In this document: piece after piece, positions 19,620 through 30,439 of the stretch | Numbering within the stretch: position 1 is the first letter of the stretch | Layout: the number at the start of each line of letters is the position of its first letter | Source: an uncultured Pseudomonadota bacterium | GTDB taxonomy: Bacteria; Bdellovibrionota_B; Oligoflexia; Oligoflexales; CAIMVM01 | DNA: 64,000 nucleotides | Assembly (NCBI GenBank): GCA_903844895.1 | Contig: CAIMVM010000073.1 | Coordinates: 42,230-106,229 of the forward strand | Direction: 5' to 3' | The notes under the pieces: generated by a model | Told to the model about the DNA's origin: nothing | Database searches by the model: none | Seen by the model: the letters and a program-made list of their open reading frames with translations, nothing else | Program-made: the position numbers and the translations under genes

Positions 19620-19680
19620 CGCAAAGATTGAGACGCAAAGATTGAGACGCAAAGATTGAGACGCGAAGATTGAGACGCGA
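19620..19680. repeat. 14-bp tandem repeat (CGCAAAGATTGAGA)x~4.4
   Basis: Three identical units, one unit with A>G, and a partial unit. Confidence 0.92.
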
Positions 19681-19796
19681 GCAACAACATCCAGGTAAAC
19701 ATATTCCACTAGGAGATAGACACGCTTACAGGAGGCAGCTCATAAAATGTCAGCATTTGGCGGTGCTAAAAATAAGTGTCTTTGCGAATCGCGCCA

Positions 19797-19857
19797 GCTC
19801 CAAACTGTTGCTCCAAACTGTTGCTCCAAACTGTTGCTCCAAACTGTTGCTCCAAAC
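19797..19857. repeat. 13-bp tandem repeat (GCTCCAAACTGTT)x~4.7
   Basis: Four perfect units plus GCTCCAAAC. Confidence 0.92.
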
Positions 19858-20017
19858 CGGAGCTCCCATCGGTTTCTCGATGCGACAACAAGCCGCAACA
19901 CCTAGGCGCGGTAGTAACTAATCATTATTAATGGTTTAATTTTATTTTTTTTGGACTCAATTAAAAATACACCTTGCCGATAAGTCTCCTTGTATCCCTG
20001 AAGCGTCGAGGTGGATT

Positions 20018-21571
20018 TTGAAAATTTTCTTTAAAGCGACATTTATAAGGGAGAAACCAGTTTTTAGCACTGAACTGCAACCACCAGATTACTTTCAACT
20101 GAAAAAAATCAATTATGATCCTGTCCCCGTTCTTTCCCCGAGTCTGCTTAAAGACATTCTAGATAGATTCCCTTTTATCCCAAGCACGCCTAACCATCAC
20201 GCCGCATTAGAGTATAGCTATCTTCAGCTGAAGCTTCTATCTGGAAAGAACTTTTTATCTCGAATGAAACGATTTGAAGAAGACTTTTTTAGAATCAAAC
20301 GTCAAGAGGCCAGAGAAAATGCATCAGCATTCAAGACACTTCAAACAGAGTTTTTGAGGGAAATAAAAATTGAGTTAGATACACTTAGAATCATTGATGA
20401 GGAATGTCTCAAAAGCAATTTTCATTTCCAACAAGCATTTTTGGAAAGAAGAGAGATCGCAAAAAAGCATTTCGAAAATCACCTAAAGGCTCTTGATCAG
20501 TGTGCGAACTGGTTTGATAAAAAATTAGATGAACTTGAAAACGAACATAGAACAGAGCTCGCTAGAAGACTTAAGAACCAAAACCTTCCCGGCTCAAGTG
20601 AATCTATACCGACTTCATCTAAAACGAGCATCATTGCTGTACTCGAGGGATTTCCTTCAACTGAAGCTACTAAGCTAGGTATTGCTCTTCAAAAAATATA
20701 TAGGCATCTCGTTCATGACTTCGATCACTTTCGGCCGACCCAAAAGTATTTGCTCAGAAAGAGCGAGCTGCACTTCGATAAACCTGCATCACAACAAGAA
20801 TTGTTTCAAAGAGAGATCTTCGACCAAAGGCTTTGGAAGCAGCTAAGTCATATTTCCGAAGCCTTGCAGAAAACATCATCTGGTCAAATTCACGATCCTG
20901 GTGCATTAGGACTTCATCCTCGCCTCGCTAAGAATGACAGTAGCTCTTCTTTTTTGGAGTTGCTTGAAAAGTCCACACGCCTCCAGGTCCAATTGGAGCC
21001 TCCGAACCTGCTAAAAAACGCGAAAGTCCTTGAAGGACTTCGTGCCTTTTCTCTTGTGAAAAGGCACGACCAATCGGTGTATTTGAATCCTACTACGAAT
21101 TCCCCCGAGAGCAGTTCCAAATTACCAACTTCAATTTTTGGCGCCATTTCTAAGGTCACATTCGATGTTCAAAAGGAAGCAGCTTTCATTTCTGTACCGC
21201 GCGAAAAGTGGAACCCGTTGCATACATGGAGCGGGGCTTTGAGCGCGCCCTTCGATGAGTCGTCTTACCTTCGGAGTGAGGAATCTGAGAGATTGATTGA
21301 AAAGCTTGAAGACGAAAGAAGCGCATTCGCAGAGCGCTTCCAAATAGAGGAATCCGACCCGCAAGCTTTCACGACCTATGGACCCAAAACAGCAAGCGCT
21401 CCAGCTGCAAAGGAAGTTACTCAAACTGGATCATCAAATCACCTTTTAGAAAAACCAAATCAAGAAAGTAGAGAGGGAGAGAAAGAGAAAGTGGATCCAG
21501 ATCTTTTAGACAGCTCAATTACAGCACCCCAAGAATCAAAAGCTTTTGCTTTTGCAAAAAAGACTGCATAA
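20018..21571 (+). CDS. Hypothetical protein (coiled-coil-rich N-terminal half)
   Basis: 517-aa open frame with GAGG RBS before TTG; no family recognised. Confidence 0.55.
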   Translation: MKIFFKATFIREKPVFSTELQPPDYFQLKKINYDPVPVLSPSLLKDILDRFPFIPSTPNHHAALEYSYLQLKLLSGKNFLSRMKRFEEDFFRIKRQEARENASAFKTLQTEFLREIKIELDTLRIIDEECLKSNFHFQQAFLERREIAKKHFENHLKALDQCANWFDKKLDELENEHRTELARRLKNQNLPGSSESIPTSSKTSIIAVLEGFPSTEATKLGIALQKIYRHLVHDFDHFRPTQKYLLRKSELHFDKPASQQELFQREIFDQRLWKQLSHISEALQKTSSGQIHDPGALGLHPRLAKNDSSSSFLELLEKSTRLQVQLEPPNLLKNAKVLEGLRAFSLVKRHDQSVYLNPTTNSPESSSKLPTSIFGAISKVTFDVQKEAAFISVPREKWNPLHTWSGALSAPFDESSYLRSEESERLIEKLEDERSAFAERFQIEESDPQAFTTYGPKTASAPAAKEVTQTGSSNHLLEKPNQESREGEKEKVDPDLLDSSITAPQESKAFAFAKKTA

Positions 21572-21839
21572 CTTTTTTCCGTCTATAGTTTCTCATTTAG
21601 AAATCGCTCAAAAGACCATAGTTACCTTGTTAAGAAAGCAAGACACGCTATTATTAAAGATGCAAGACGGCCCCTGAAGATGCCAGCAGGGAGGCTTAAA
21701 CTCGACAAAAAAACTGCTTAGAACTGCAACGAGTGAGTGAGGGTGAAGTCATTTGAGTTTAGCTACAGAAATATCAAATGTGGGACAGGATTGATCTCTA
21801 AAGATTGCATTTCGAATTGGACTGAAAGTTTGATTCCGT

Positions 21840-22598
21840 TTAAGGAATCATTAGTTCCCTTAGCAGGCGGGTCGAGACTTCATCGTAAAGACTGGGCTTG
21901 AGAATGGAAATTGTTGCAAAACCTTGTTTCATTTCTTGGAGATCTGTATCTGGTTCGGGCGCAAAAGGACCATTCCCGCCCCCAAGCCAGAAGTAGGCTC
22001 TTCCTCTTGGATCAACGGATTCAATAATGGGCTCTTCAACATTTCTGATGCCGACACTGGTAATTTTTATCCCTTTAATCGGTCCTGATTCTGGAACATT
22101 CAAATTGATAGTGAGCCCTTGGAATTTTTGAAATTTGGGGTCCATGATTGTCGACCTAGCAAGATCAGCAGCATGGGAATATTCCGATTTTTTAGAATGA
22201 TTGTTAAGTGAAACCGCTAGAGTTTTAGCTTGGTACATGGCTCCTTCAAGGGCTGCAGCACAAGTTCCTGAGTAGAGTGTGTCGTTGCCGAGGTTGGCGC
22301 CACGATTGATGCCTGAGACAACCCAGTCTGGCTTACGGGGGAGAATTTTGTGAAAAGCGACTTTCACACAGTCAACGGGTGTACCTTCCACGGCGAATTC
22401 TTGGTCACCCAATTTCTCCACAAACAAGGGGTAGTGGATCGTGATTGCATGACTGTTCGCAGAACGTTCCATGTGGGGCGCGACAATCCATAGGTCAGCG
22501 ACATTTGACAAGGCTGACGCAAGAGCTTTTAGTCCAGGAGCATGTATGCCGTCATCGTTAACTAGGAGTATCAATGGTTTTGATGTCATAAGCTTCAA
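21840..22598 (-). CDS. surE: 5'/3'-nucleotidase SurE
   Basis: ILLVNDDGIHAPG, GTPVDCV, SGINRGANLG, YSGT, DPRGRAYFW. Confidence 0.95.
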   Translation of the reverse strand: MKLMTSKPLILLVNDDGIHAPGLKALASALSNVADLWIVAPHMERSANSHAITIHYPLFVEKLGDQEFAVEGTPVDCVKVAFHKILPRKPDWVVSGINRGANLGNDTLYSGTCAAALEGAMYQAKTLAVSLNNHSKKSEYSHAADLARSTIMDPKFQKFQGLTINLNVPESGPIKGIKITSVGIRNVEEPIIESVDPRGRAYFWLGGGNGPFAPEPDTDLQEMKQGFATISILKPSLYDEVSTRLLRELMIP

Positions 22599-24766
22599 AT
22601 AGGATTGAATACGAATGGATAGTCAACATTAACAGCTTGGCCACCGCGAGGTCTTGGGAAGTTCCAAGTTCTGATCTTGCCGACGATACATCCTTGCATT
22701 TGTGCATCTGAAATGCTCGAATTAGCAACTGAGGCTGAATTGACTCTTCCGGATTCCCCCACGACAAATTTTACTTGTACTTTACCCGCAGATGAAGGCG
22801 ACCTTTGAAGGAGTTGTTCATAGCAGTGTCTAATTTCATTAAGATGGGAGCGTATCACAGCTAAAACTTCTTGTTGAGTAAGACCGCCATCCACACCAGG
22901 TGCGCCACCTTCGCTCACATTAACGTTAATCTTTCCGCGTCCTGCCCCCGACCCAAAAGCTCCACTTCCAGAACCGCCGGTGCCACCCTGTCCTGAAAGG
23001 AGACCTCCCGTTCCACTTCCGAAGTTATTGGCGGCACCATCGGTGCCCCCTAAACCAAGAGATTTTCCAGTCCCTACGCCACCACCCATTCCTAAGGTCT
23101 TTGCGCCAGAACCCATGCCTCCTCCGGCTCCGCCAGCAGAGTTTTGAAAATTTGTCATAATTGCGCCAGGCGACGTCTTGTTAAGTACTTTTCCTGCGCC
23201 CAATCCCAAACTAGAGAGATTTACACCTGAAGCTTTCTTGTTATTTACGTCCTCAACACCTTTCACACTGGCAGCATCCGTACCCTTGCGAGGAGCACCA
23301 GCAGTTGGATTTCCGCCCCCTTTGGGACCTCCAGAAGGACCCACTGCCTTGTTCGGTTGAACTTGTCCCGCAGCCTTGTTATTTGCAGGTAGGTTTGTTT
23401 TAGCCAAACCTGAGTTTGCTTGTTCAGCAGGGGGATTTACCTTATTAACTGGAGACGGCGGCTTCATGATTTCAGCTGCCACGTTTTTCTTTGGCTCTTC
23501 TACCGGCTTTTCCACCTGTTTCATTTGTTTAGGCTTCTCTTCCACAACCTTTGGTTCTGCCGGCTTCGGTGGCGTTGGCAATGGTTTTGGTGGCTGTTGA
23601 ACTTCAGGTGGCTTTTCCTTTTCAACAACTTCAATCTTGGGCTTAGGTGGTGTGATGACCTTTTCAATAGGTTTTGGTTTTTCGGGAAGGCTTACCACTG
23701 CCCAAGGATCATCTTTCTCATCATGAGGATTTGATGGCTTTCCAAGCACAAGCACGGGAATTAAAGCCAGCATCAGCAATGCCGCTGTAGTCATTAAGAA
23801 GAAAACCAGAGGGTCTACAGCTCGACGTTTAATCAATTCTAGGGCTGGCGGACGTACGAACAAAATAAAATAACTCACCGGACCATACTTTACCTGAGCG
23901 ATATCTCTTTGTCCGAGGGTGTATTTTCCTTCTTCAACCTTATCTACCTTACCTGCTCTGCGAAGACGAGCCTTCATACCTGACTTTAAATAAACTCGAT
24001 ACCCATCTTTAGCGACTTTTGCCAACGCGTAGCCCGTTAAATCTTCTGGACCAGCTGCTATAAAATGATCTTTAGGAGGTGTTCCAATTGTAGCTACTTG
24101 AGACGTCGAGCCCATATCGTAATGCTCAACTTCCAAAACCGTATCACCCCAATAAGCGACTACTTCTAATACATCTCCACCTGCTTTGGCATCTCGATTG
24201 ACAAAAAGACGTTGAGCTTTTTCCGCTTCTGTTTCTTCTTGTGGAACATCTCTATTCCCGCCAACTGAGCGATTGCCAGACCCTTTTTCGTCTTTTTTAA
24301 TGGCAATTTCCGTTTTTGAGCCGAGCTTTGAAGGGGAAGTATCATCATCCGTGCCTCCTATAGAGGTCGGCGCTTGAAGCTGTGTTTTGCTTCCTTGGGC
24401 GGAAACTGACGGTGGAGGGGGAGGGGGAGGGGGAGGGACAGCCACAGGAGGGCTAAATTTTTCAAAAACCAATTGATGGCTGCCTATTTTGATCACGTCG
24501 CCATCTTTTAAGTTTGTGTCTACATCAATTTTTTTGTTGTTCACAAATATGCCGGACTCAGAGCCTAAATCTGAAATGCGCCATGCGCCTGATTCCGTTT
24601 GCTCAATAATCCCGTGAACGGCTTCAGAGTTTGGCAACACGATTTTGTTTGATGCAAGTTTTCCAATAGTTAATGTCGGTTCATCCAGGGCCCTCATTTG
24701 AGGGAGTTTGCCTTCTAAACTATATTTGAGAACAAAATCCATATTTAATCCTGCAAAATGGCTCAC
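22595..24766 (-). CDS. gltG: GltG-like gliding protein: FHA domain, TM helix, Pro/Gly-rich linker, TonB-C/AgmX-PglI C-terminal domain
   Basis: N-terminal FHA (LTIGK...ISDLGSESGIFVN), one TM, C-terminal IRHCYEQLLQRSP...GKVQVKFVV...WNFPRPRGG..VDYPFVF. Confidence 0.75.
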   Translation of the reverse strand: MSHFAGLNMDFVLKYSLEGKLPQMRALDEPTLTIGKLASNKIVLPNSEAVHGIIEQTESGAWRISDLGSESGIFVNNKKIDVDTNLKDGDVIKIGSHQLVFEKFSPPVAVPPPPPPPPPSVSAQGSKTQLQAPTSIGGTDDDTSPSKLGSKTEIAIKKDEKGSGNRSVGGNRDVPQEETEAEKAQRLFVNRDAKAGGDVLEVVAYWGDTVLEVEHYDMGSTSQVATIGTPPKDHFIAAGPEDLTGYALAKVAKDGYRVYLKSGMKARLRRAGKVDKVEEGKYTLGQRDIAQVKYGPVSYFILFVRPPALELIKRRAVDPLVFFLMTTAALLMLALIPVLVLGKPSNPHDEKDDPWAVVSLPEKPKPIEKVITPPKPKIEVVEKEKPPEVQQPPKPLPTPPKPAEPKVVEEKPKQMKQVEKPVEEPKKNVAAEIMKPPSPVNKVNPPAEQANSGLAKTNLPANNKAAGQVQPNKAVGPSGGPKGGGNPTAGAPRKGTDAASVKGVEDVNNKKASGVNLSSLGLGAGKVLNKTSPGAIMTNFQNSAGGAGGGMGSGAKTLGMGGGVGTGKSLGLGGTDGAANNFGSGTGGLLSGQGGTGGSGSGAFGSGAGRGKINVNVSEGGAPGVDGGLTQQEVLAVIRSHLNEIRHCYEQLLQRSPSSAGKVQVKFVVGESGRVNSASVANSSISDAQMQGCIVGKIRTWNFPRPRGGQAVNVDYPFVFNPI

Positions 24767-24802
24767 GTTAATTATACATCGGCTGCGTGATTTTGTGAGC
24801 TT

Positions 24803-25756
24803 TCAGCCGCCGAGTTTTTCAAGAATTTTGTAGGCATCGTCGTCCCAGCGGGTAGGACCGCCTTCAAGCTTCACTGCTTTTGTCACCAAATCCTTGGCTT
24901 TAACCTTATCTCCCTTGTTTTGAAGAAAAAACAAACCACAATTGAACAGTATCATCTTGTTATTGCTGTACTTGCCTAAAAGACGAGAACAAATCCCCTC
25001 TGCTCGGGCGTCATCCCCAAGGTTTCGTACAGCAACCAAAACTCCACTTTGGGCATACCAATCATCTCCCAACGGCTCTAAATTCATTCGAGCCCCTTCA
25101 AAATCACCGTATTTTAGAGAAATAAATCCTAGGTTAAAGAGAGCAGCAGGGTAGTTTGAGCTCGCCTGTAATGCTTCTTTAAAAAGGACTGCAGCATCTG
25201 GAATATCCCCCGCAGTAAGCGCCATGACTCCTTGTGCATTAAGCACGCCTGCCCGAATCTTAGGGTTTTTTGAACTTGAAAGCTGATTGAGATATAGCCT
25301 AGCAAAGCCTGCGTTCTTAGCCTGAATAGCCGCTAACGCAAGCTCCAACTTAAAGGTTTCTGAAAGGTCATTTTCAACGCCTTTTTTAAGTTCTTCAGCA
25401 ACCATTGCCTTAGCTTTGCTAATCACCTGCTCGAGGCTACCGCTTGCTAGTCTCTGCGCATAAAAAGAAGACTGGAGCTCCATTAAATTCTTGGCCTCAG
25501 CCCCAGCTAATGCAGCGGCTGCTTCTCTATTGACTCTGCGACTTGTAAAGCCAGAATTACTTAGACTGGATACCATAGTCGAACCATATTTCTTTGACCC
25601 GCTTGAGCTGAGAAATTCCCCCCCACTAGGTGCCGAGGCCGCATCCTCTGCCGCCTCTTTCTTTGCCGCCGGATCCACAGATTCCATTTTGGGTTTGCTA
25701 CCAGTGGCACAAGACAGTTCATAGAAAACAATTAAGATGAGAGTCAGTAGTTTCAT
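24803..25756 (-). CDS. gltE: TPR lipoprotein, GltE-like
   Basis: Lipobox LSC, TPR motifs (AALFNLG); lies between gltD-like and gltG-like genes. Confidence 0.6.
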   Translation of the reverse strand: MKLLTLILIVFYELSCATGSKPKMESVDPAAKKEAAEDAASAPSGGEFLSSSGSKKYGSTMVSSLSNSGFTSRRVNREAAAALAGAEAKNLMELQSSFYAQRLASGSLEQVISKAKAMVAEELKKGVENDLSETFKLELALAAIQAKNAGFARLYLNQLSSSKNPKIRAGVLNAQGVMALTAGDIPDAAVLFKEALQASSNYPAALFNLGFISLKYGDFEGARMNLEPLGDDWYAQSGVLVAVRNLGDDARAEGICSRLLGKYSNNKMILFNCGLFFLQNKGDKVKAKDLVTKAVKLEGGPTRWDDDAYKILEKLGG

Positions 25757-25764
25757 GGGATATC

Positions 25765-28700
25765 CTATTGCAGCTTATTGGCTATACTCATGGGCACTTC
25801 GCCCCCTAGAAAATCAGGTAGAACCACCCAGTCTTGAAATGCTAAATTGCCAGATTTCGATCGCTGCAGTGAAACCGCAAGAAGTGCCGTATAATCGCTG
25901 TATATCCCAAATTTCTTGGCGGTGGCTTGCGCATTAGTGTAGAATTCAAGAGCCTTTTTGAGAGCATTTTCAGATAGGGGTGCTAACTGTTTTTTAACAT
26001 CCTCTAAGGAAGCACCATTAATTGCAGGTGGACTTGCAAGTTGCTTTCCAAGTTGCTCATAGGCATATCCAACTTGGTGAAGAGCCGCCACCCCCCAATA
26101 GGAATCTCTCACTTTACTTACTTCAAGATAGGCATTTTCCAACTGTGCCAAAGCATTTGACTTCACTTCAATAGACTTTTGCATCGCGGGTACCGTGCCA
26201 CCTTTTAAGGTTAATCCTAAATATTTTGTAATTCCAAGATTGGCATTGTTAAATACAATTTCACCCACATAGCGAAGATTAGAACCTTCCGCCTTGCCAC
26301 CAGCTGCCTTGAAGTCAGAAAGAACCATTTGAGCATACTTTAAGGCTTCAGGGCTTTTTTTGCCCAGAGCTGCATAAATGCGATAGTGCGCCGTAATATT
26401 TTGGGCAGAGCTCAATTTATATTTAGGTAGATAACTCTGAACATATATTTTTACCATTTCATCATACTTTTTTGCAAAATACAGCGACTCTAAAAGTTCT
26501 TCCACCGACGCTAAAGATGCCTCTTTTGAGTACCGTGCTACGTCCAAACAAGAGTTCAGTGCCGACTCTGGCGCCAGCGCAATGCGGAGAATACAGTTTC
26601 TTTGAACGGCACCACCTGCATCTTTGCTTTTAGGATACTGATTAGCAAACGCAGCATAATATTTAATAGCTGAGCCGTGCTCCATACGTTTGTCGTAGAT
26701 CTTGGCTAATTGGAGGTAAACTTCTTCATTCTGCTCAAATTTGGGGTATTTTTCCAGAATGGCGATATAGGCCAAAATGGCTTTGTCCACTTCGCCGGCT
26801 TTAAGAAAATCCACTGAGGCGTTATAAAGATACTTAGGGGCATCTTTACGAGATTTGTATTTCTCCGCTTGCTTCATCCATCCTTCACCCCGCTTTAGTG
26901 CGTCTTTTTCAGCCGCGACTGATTCCACCTCTGCTCCTTGAAGAAGCTCGCCAAGCTTTACTCCTAAGTCACCCTTTTGATAGTTTGGATTCGCGGAGAG
27001 CTTCTTAGCTGCTAGCAACAATCCTTTCTTATCATCTTTATAGAGAGGAATGATGTTTTCGACAGCCGCTTTCCCTTCAGGATCCTCTGAGTACTTATTT
27101 GCAACTAGCCAAAGAAATGGCAAGGCTTTCTTTTTGTCATTGGTTCTATAATAGATCTCAGCTGTATATACTTCACAATTCTTCATAATTTTTTTATCTT
27201 CAGGGTACATCTTCATATACGTGCCACATGCTTTTAGAAAATTTTGAGCACGTGCAGAGATAGGCTTAATGGGCTTACCTGGAGCAGGAACTTCTTTTAG
27301 AAGAAGTTTTAGCTCGGGATCAAAGTCCTTGCTAAAGGCATCGAGCATATACTCTGCGGACTTTTTATGAACATTTTCTACAGCAACCCCTTTTTCATTA
27401 TAAATTACTGCCTTGTCTGCTCCTAGGATAGCTAACTCAAGATAAAGCTTGCCAGCTTCGCGATATTTTTTTTCAAAGAATAAGATATCTGCCAGATTGT
27501 ATTTTACCTCTACTACCTCTTTTGACTTGGGGAACAACCTCAAATAGAGTTCATAGCCATATCGGGCTTGAGCAAATTGGCTTACATTATCCGAAGCCTG
27601 AGCTTTCTTGTGAGACAACTTCGCATAGTATAGTATTTGATCACGAATGGTCAGTTGAACCTCTAAAACCTTTTTTCTATTGTTTTTCGCGGCCCAAGGG
27701 CTTGATTCAGAGAACATTTTTGGAAAACGCTCTAGTTCCGTCCAAACTGTCTTCATTTGACCTAGCTCGTAAGATAGCGAAATAATTTCCACCTGAGCAT
27801 CTGGACTTTCTGAACTATATGGTGCAGCCTTTTGCAATCTTCGATAGGCATCAATAGCCTTGGCATATTTGCCCTGGTCGGAATAAGTATTTGCTAGAAG
27901 CTTTAGAAATTGGCCAACAAATTCTTGGCCCCCATTTGCATTAAAATAGGAAATTGCTGGTTCAACGTCACCAAGCTCAGCAAAAGCATAAACCATGTCC
28001 CGTAAGGCTTCATCCCTAAGTGCTGTATTAGATTTAGATGGATTGATTCGAGTATATGTAACGGTCTTCTTCCAAGAATCAAGGGCCTGGCGGTATTGCC
28101 CCAAATTGAAATGAGACCAACCAGATTTAAATAAGGCGAAGGAGTATCGGCTAGACTTGCGATATTTTAATGCTGAACCGTAGTTATTAAGTGCATTTCT
28201 AAAATCAAGTTTGTCGAAATAGTAATCACCTAATGAGCAGTAGGCGTCTCCTGACACCGGTGAGTTAGGATATTTCTGAATGAGCTGAGAGAAAGCTTTT
28301 GCCGATTCCTGCTCACGATTCAAAAATTGAAGCGCAAGTGCATAATTGAAAGCAACAATATCTGCTGACTTCCCTTTGGGATATTCCTGTAAAATTCGAT
28401 CAGCGACACCAGCAACCTTATTCCAATGGGCCATGGATTGGCTGGAATTGAGTTTAGGTGCCGATCCATGACTCCCGCCTTTTTCCCAAGCTTCAAACTC
28501 CTGATCATATCTGCGACTTTCTTGACTAGAGAGGTATGCCGCTTGTTCTAAACTTAGATTCAACACCTTTTCTAAAACATCAGCTCTTTGGGCTGACTGC
28601 CTGGGAAGGCGCTCACCTGTTGATTCCAAAATAGAAATTGTTTTCCGGATGTTAACAATGAGTTTTTCTTCGATCTTAGACGCATAGAGTTCGGATTGAT

Positions 28701-28872
28701 CGAATGACGGTTCCTTCTTTTTAGAACTACTGCCTTTTGCGTTCTGAACGCGCTTTCTCTCAACGACACTGACCGACCTTTCTTTATGGTCGGTTTCTGC
28801 GGCTCTTGCGTAAGTCGTCAGCCCGAGACAGAAGGCGAGCCAAAGAGCTAAAGATGGGAATACGAAAGTCAT
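25765..28872 (-). CDS. gltD: Large periplasmic TPR protein, GltD/AgmU-like
   Basis: 1035 aa, signal peptide, many TPRs (YPNSPVSGDAYCSLGDYYF, ALFKSGWSHFNLG); operon context. Confidence 0.7.
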   Translation of the reverse strand: MTFVFPSLALWLAFCLGLTTYARAAETDHKERSVSVVERKRVQNAKGSSSKKKEPSFDQSELYASKIEEKLIVNIRKTISILESTGERLPRQSAQRADVLEKVLNLSLEQAAYLSSQESRRYDQEFEAWEKGGSHGSAPKLNSSQSMAHWNKVAGVADRILQEYPKGKSADIVAFNYALALQFLNREQESAKAFSQLIQKYPNSPVSGDAYCSLGDYYFDKLDFRNALNNYGSALKYRKSSRYSFALFKSGWSHFNLGQYRQALDSWKKTVTYTRINPSKSNTALRDEALRDMVYAFAELGDVEPAISYFNANGGQEFVGQFLKLLANTYSDQGKYAKAIDAYRRLQKAAPYSSESPDAQVEIISLSYELGQMKTVWTELERFPKMFSESSPWAAKNNRKKVLEVQLTIRDQILYYAKLSHKKAQASDNVSQFAQARYGYELYLRLFPKSKEVVEVKYNLADILFFEKKYREAGKLYLELAILGADKAVIYNEKGVAVENVHKKSAEYMLDAFSKDFDPELKLLLKEVPAPGKPIKPISARAQNFLKACGTYMKMYPEDKKIMKNCEVYTAEIYYRTNDKKKALPFLWLVANKYSEDPEGKAAVENIIPLYKDDKKGLLLAAKKLSANPNYQKGDLGVKLGELLQGAEVESVAAEKDALKRGEGWMKQAEKYKSRKDAPKYLYNASVDFLKAGEVDKAILAYIAILEKYPKFEQNEEVYLQLAKIYDKRMEHGSAIKYYAAFANQYPKSKDAGGAVQRNCILRIALAPESALNSCLDVARYSKEASLASVEELLESLYFAKKYDEMVKIYVQSYLPKYKLSSAQNITAHYRIYAALGKKSPEALKYAQMVLSDFKAAGGKAEGSNLRYVGEIVFNNANLGITKYLGLTLKGGTVPAMQKSIEVKSNALAQLENAYLEVSKVRDSYWGVAALHQVGYAYEQLGKQLASPPAINGASLEDVKKQLAPLSENALKKALEFYTNAQATAKKFGIYSDYTALLAVSLQRSKSGNLAFQDWVVLPDFLGGEVPMSIANKLQ

Positions 28873-28894
28873 TTTTTCACTCCAATTTAGCGAT

Positions 28895-30424
28895 TTACTT
28901 TGACTTGGCAGATCCGGAAGCGCCGCATTTAGAGTCTAAATTATACACATATCCTCCTAGCTCATCTTCCCAGTACTCTCCCTCAAAAGGCCAATACTCT
29001 AGATCTTGACCAACCTCTAGCTCTTGAAGACCACCAATAAAATTCACAGTCCTATCGTTGGACTGAGTGACATTAAGCTCACCTCTCAACTTATCGATCT
29101 TTCCGAGTTGCATATCCAAATTGATGAATCTGGTTTGGTTGGAGAGGTCTTGAAGATAACTGTAGCTATTCCGAGCATTATTCAACATTCGCTTGCCAGA
29201 ATCATTCGCTGCTGCAAATTTCTTCTTCGAAAGAAAGTCGTTAAGTTCATCGATTAAACCGGTCGATCTCCATGAGCTGGGCGCTCTCGACAGCTTAGAA
29301 GTCTCTGAATCAGCTGCAGCAATCGTATAAGAAGCATCTCGGTAAGTATCCGTTCGCGAAAGGCTGTCGAGTATAGGAGCAATATCGCCTCCGTCTCTAC
29401 CACCGACCCTGTAATTTTTTACTAAACTATAGAATTTCGCTGGCTCTTGTTGATTTTCATTAATAGTTTGTGACAAAGAGCGAAAAATACCTTTGTATCG
29501 CTCTCTAAATTCTGAAAGAGACTTTTTAACTTGAGTGAATCTACAAAGCCTTAAAAAAGTGATGGATTGTAGAATATAAGTTTCTGGGAAAAACCTATTT
29601 TCGAAAAAAGGAGAATGGAGGGTGTGAATATTTCCAAGTGTATTATTAAATTTCTGAATCAGAAAAAACGCCCAAGACGACTCGAACATCGCTTGCAGCC
29701 AGTTGTCGCTTCGCCTGGGGATCTCAGCATAATACCGCATCGACTTTCTGAAGTCTTTCTTTTCATAGTAAACTCGAGCCAAGTTTAAATTCGCCTGTTC
29801 CTTTAAAAAGCTTGATTCAGGCCCTTTTGCTTCTGAGATTGCTCTTTCGAAAGCGCTCACGGCGCGAGCTGAGTCTCCATTCAAATTGGCTATCACTCCT
29901 AAATGAAATTGGGCTTTAGGATAGTCGATACTGCCAGCGGTGACGCGAGTCAAAAATTCTTGGGCTTTATCATACTGTTTGCGATCAAAAGCCTCGATAC
30001 CTTTAAAATAGAAATAGAAACCCCTTGCTTTCCCTGGGACTTGTGACGGATCCACTTCTTTTTGAAACAGCTGAACAACATGACTTCTGCCAAGGGAAAC
30101 GCGGTCATTGATGCGACCTAGAGCATCTAAAGATTCTGCAAAGAATGGATTTCCAGGTCCGGGACCGCGTCTAGCAATTAAACTAAAATATTTCGAAGCT
30201 GAGTATTCCAGCCCAGCGGCCTCTAAAGTTCTAGCGAGTCCCAATTCAGCCCTAGAACGCTCCATTTGAGTCCTGGCTAAGCTGTAAGCCTGATAGAAAA
30301 TCGGCGCTGCATTCATATAGTCTTTTTTAACCATAAGAGCTTCTGCCTGACGCAGGTCAGCAACAGCTATGCTTGAGCAAGCCAAGAAAACAAAGACTAG
30401 GATTTGATTTAGTTTACTCAACAC
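28895..30424 (-). CDS. gltC: GltC-like TPR protein
   Basis: Signal peptide, TPRs, LGNIHTLHSPFF and C-terminal YWPFEGEYWEDELGGY typical of GltC. Confidence 0.75.
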   Translation of the reverse strand: MLSKLNQILVFVFLACSSIAVADLRQAEALMVKKDYMNAAPIFYQAYSLARTQMERSRAELGLARTLEAAGLEYSASKYFSLIARRGPGPGNPFFAESLDALGRINDRVSLGRSHVVQLFQKEVDPSQVPGKARGFYFYFKGIEAFDRKQYDKAQEFLTRVTAGSIDYPKAQFHLGVIANLNGDSARAVSAFERAISEAKGPESSFLKEQANLNLARVYYEKKDFRKSMRYYAEIPRRSDNWLQAMFESSWAFFLIQKFNNTLGNIHTLHSPFFENRFFPETYILQSITFLRLCRFTQVKKSLSEFRERYKGIFRSLSQTINENQQEPAKFYSLVKNYRVGGRDGGDIAPILDSLSRTDTYRDASYTIAAADSETSKLSRAPSSWRSTGLIDELNDFLSKKKFAAANDSGKRMLNNARNSYSYLQDLSNQTRFINLDMQLGKIDKLRGELNVTQSNDRTVNFIGGLQELEVGQDLEYWPFEGEYWEDELGGYVYNLDSKCGASGSAKSK

Positions 30425-30439
30425 GTTCGACTCCTAGCA

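Noticed and set aside
24410-24440. G-rich run as a G-quadruplex or contingency tract
   Set aside because: Explained by the poly-proline linker codons of the GltG-like gene on the minus strand.
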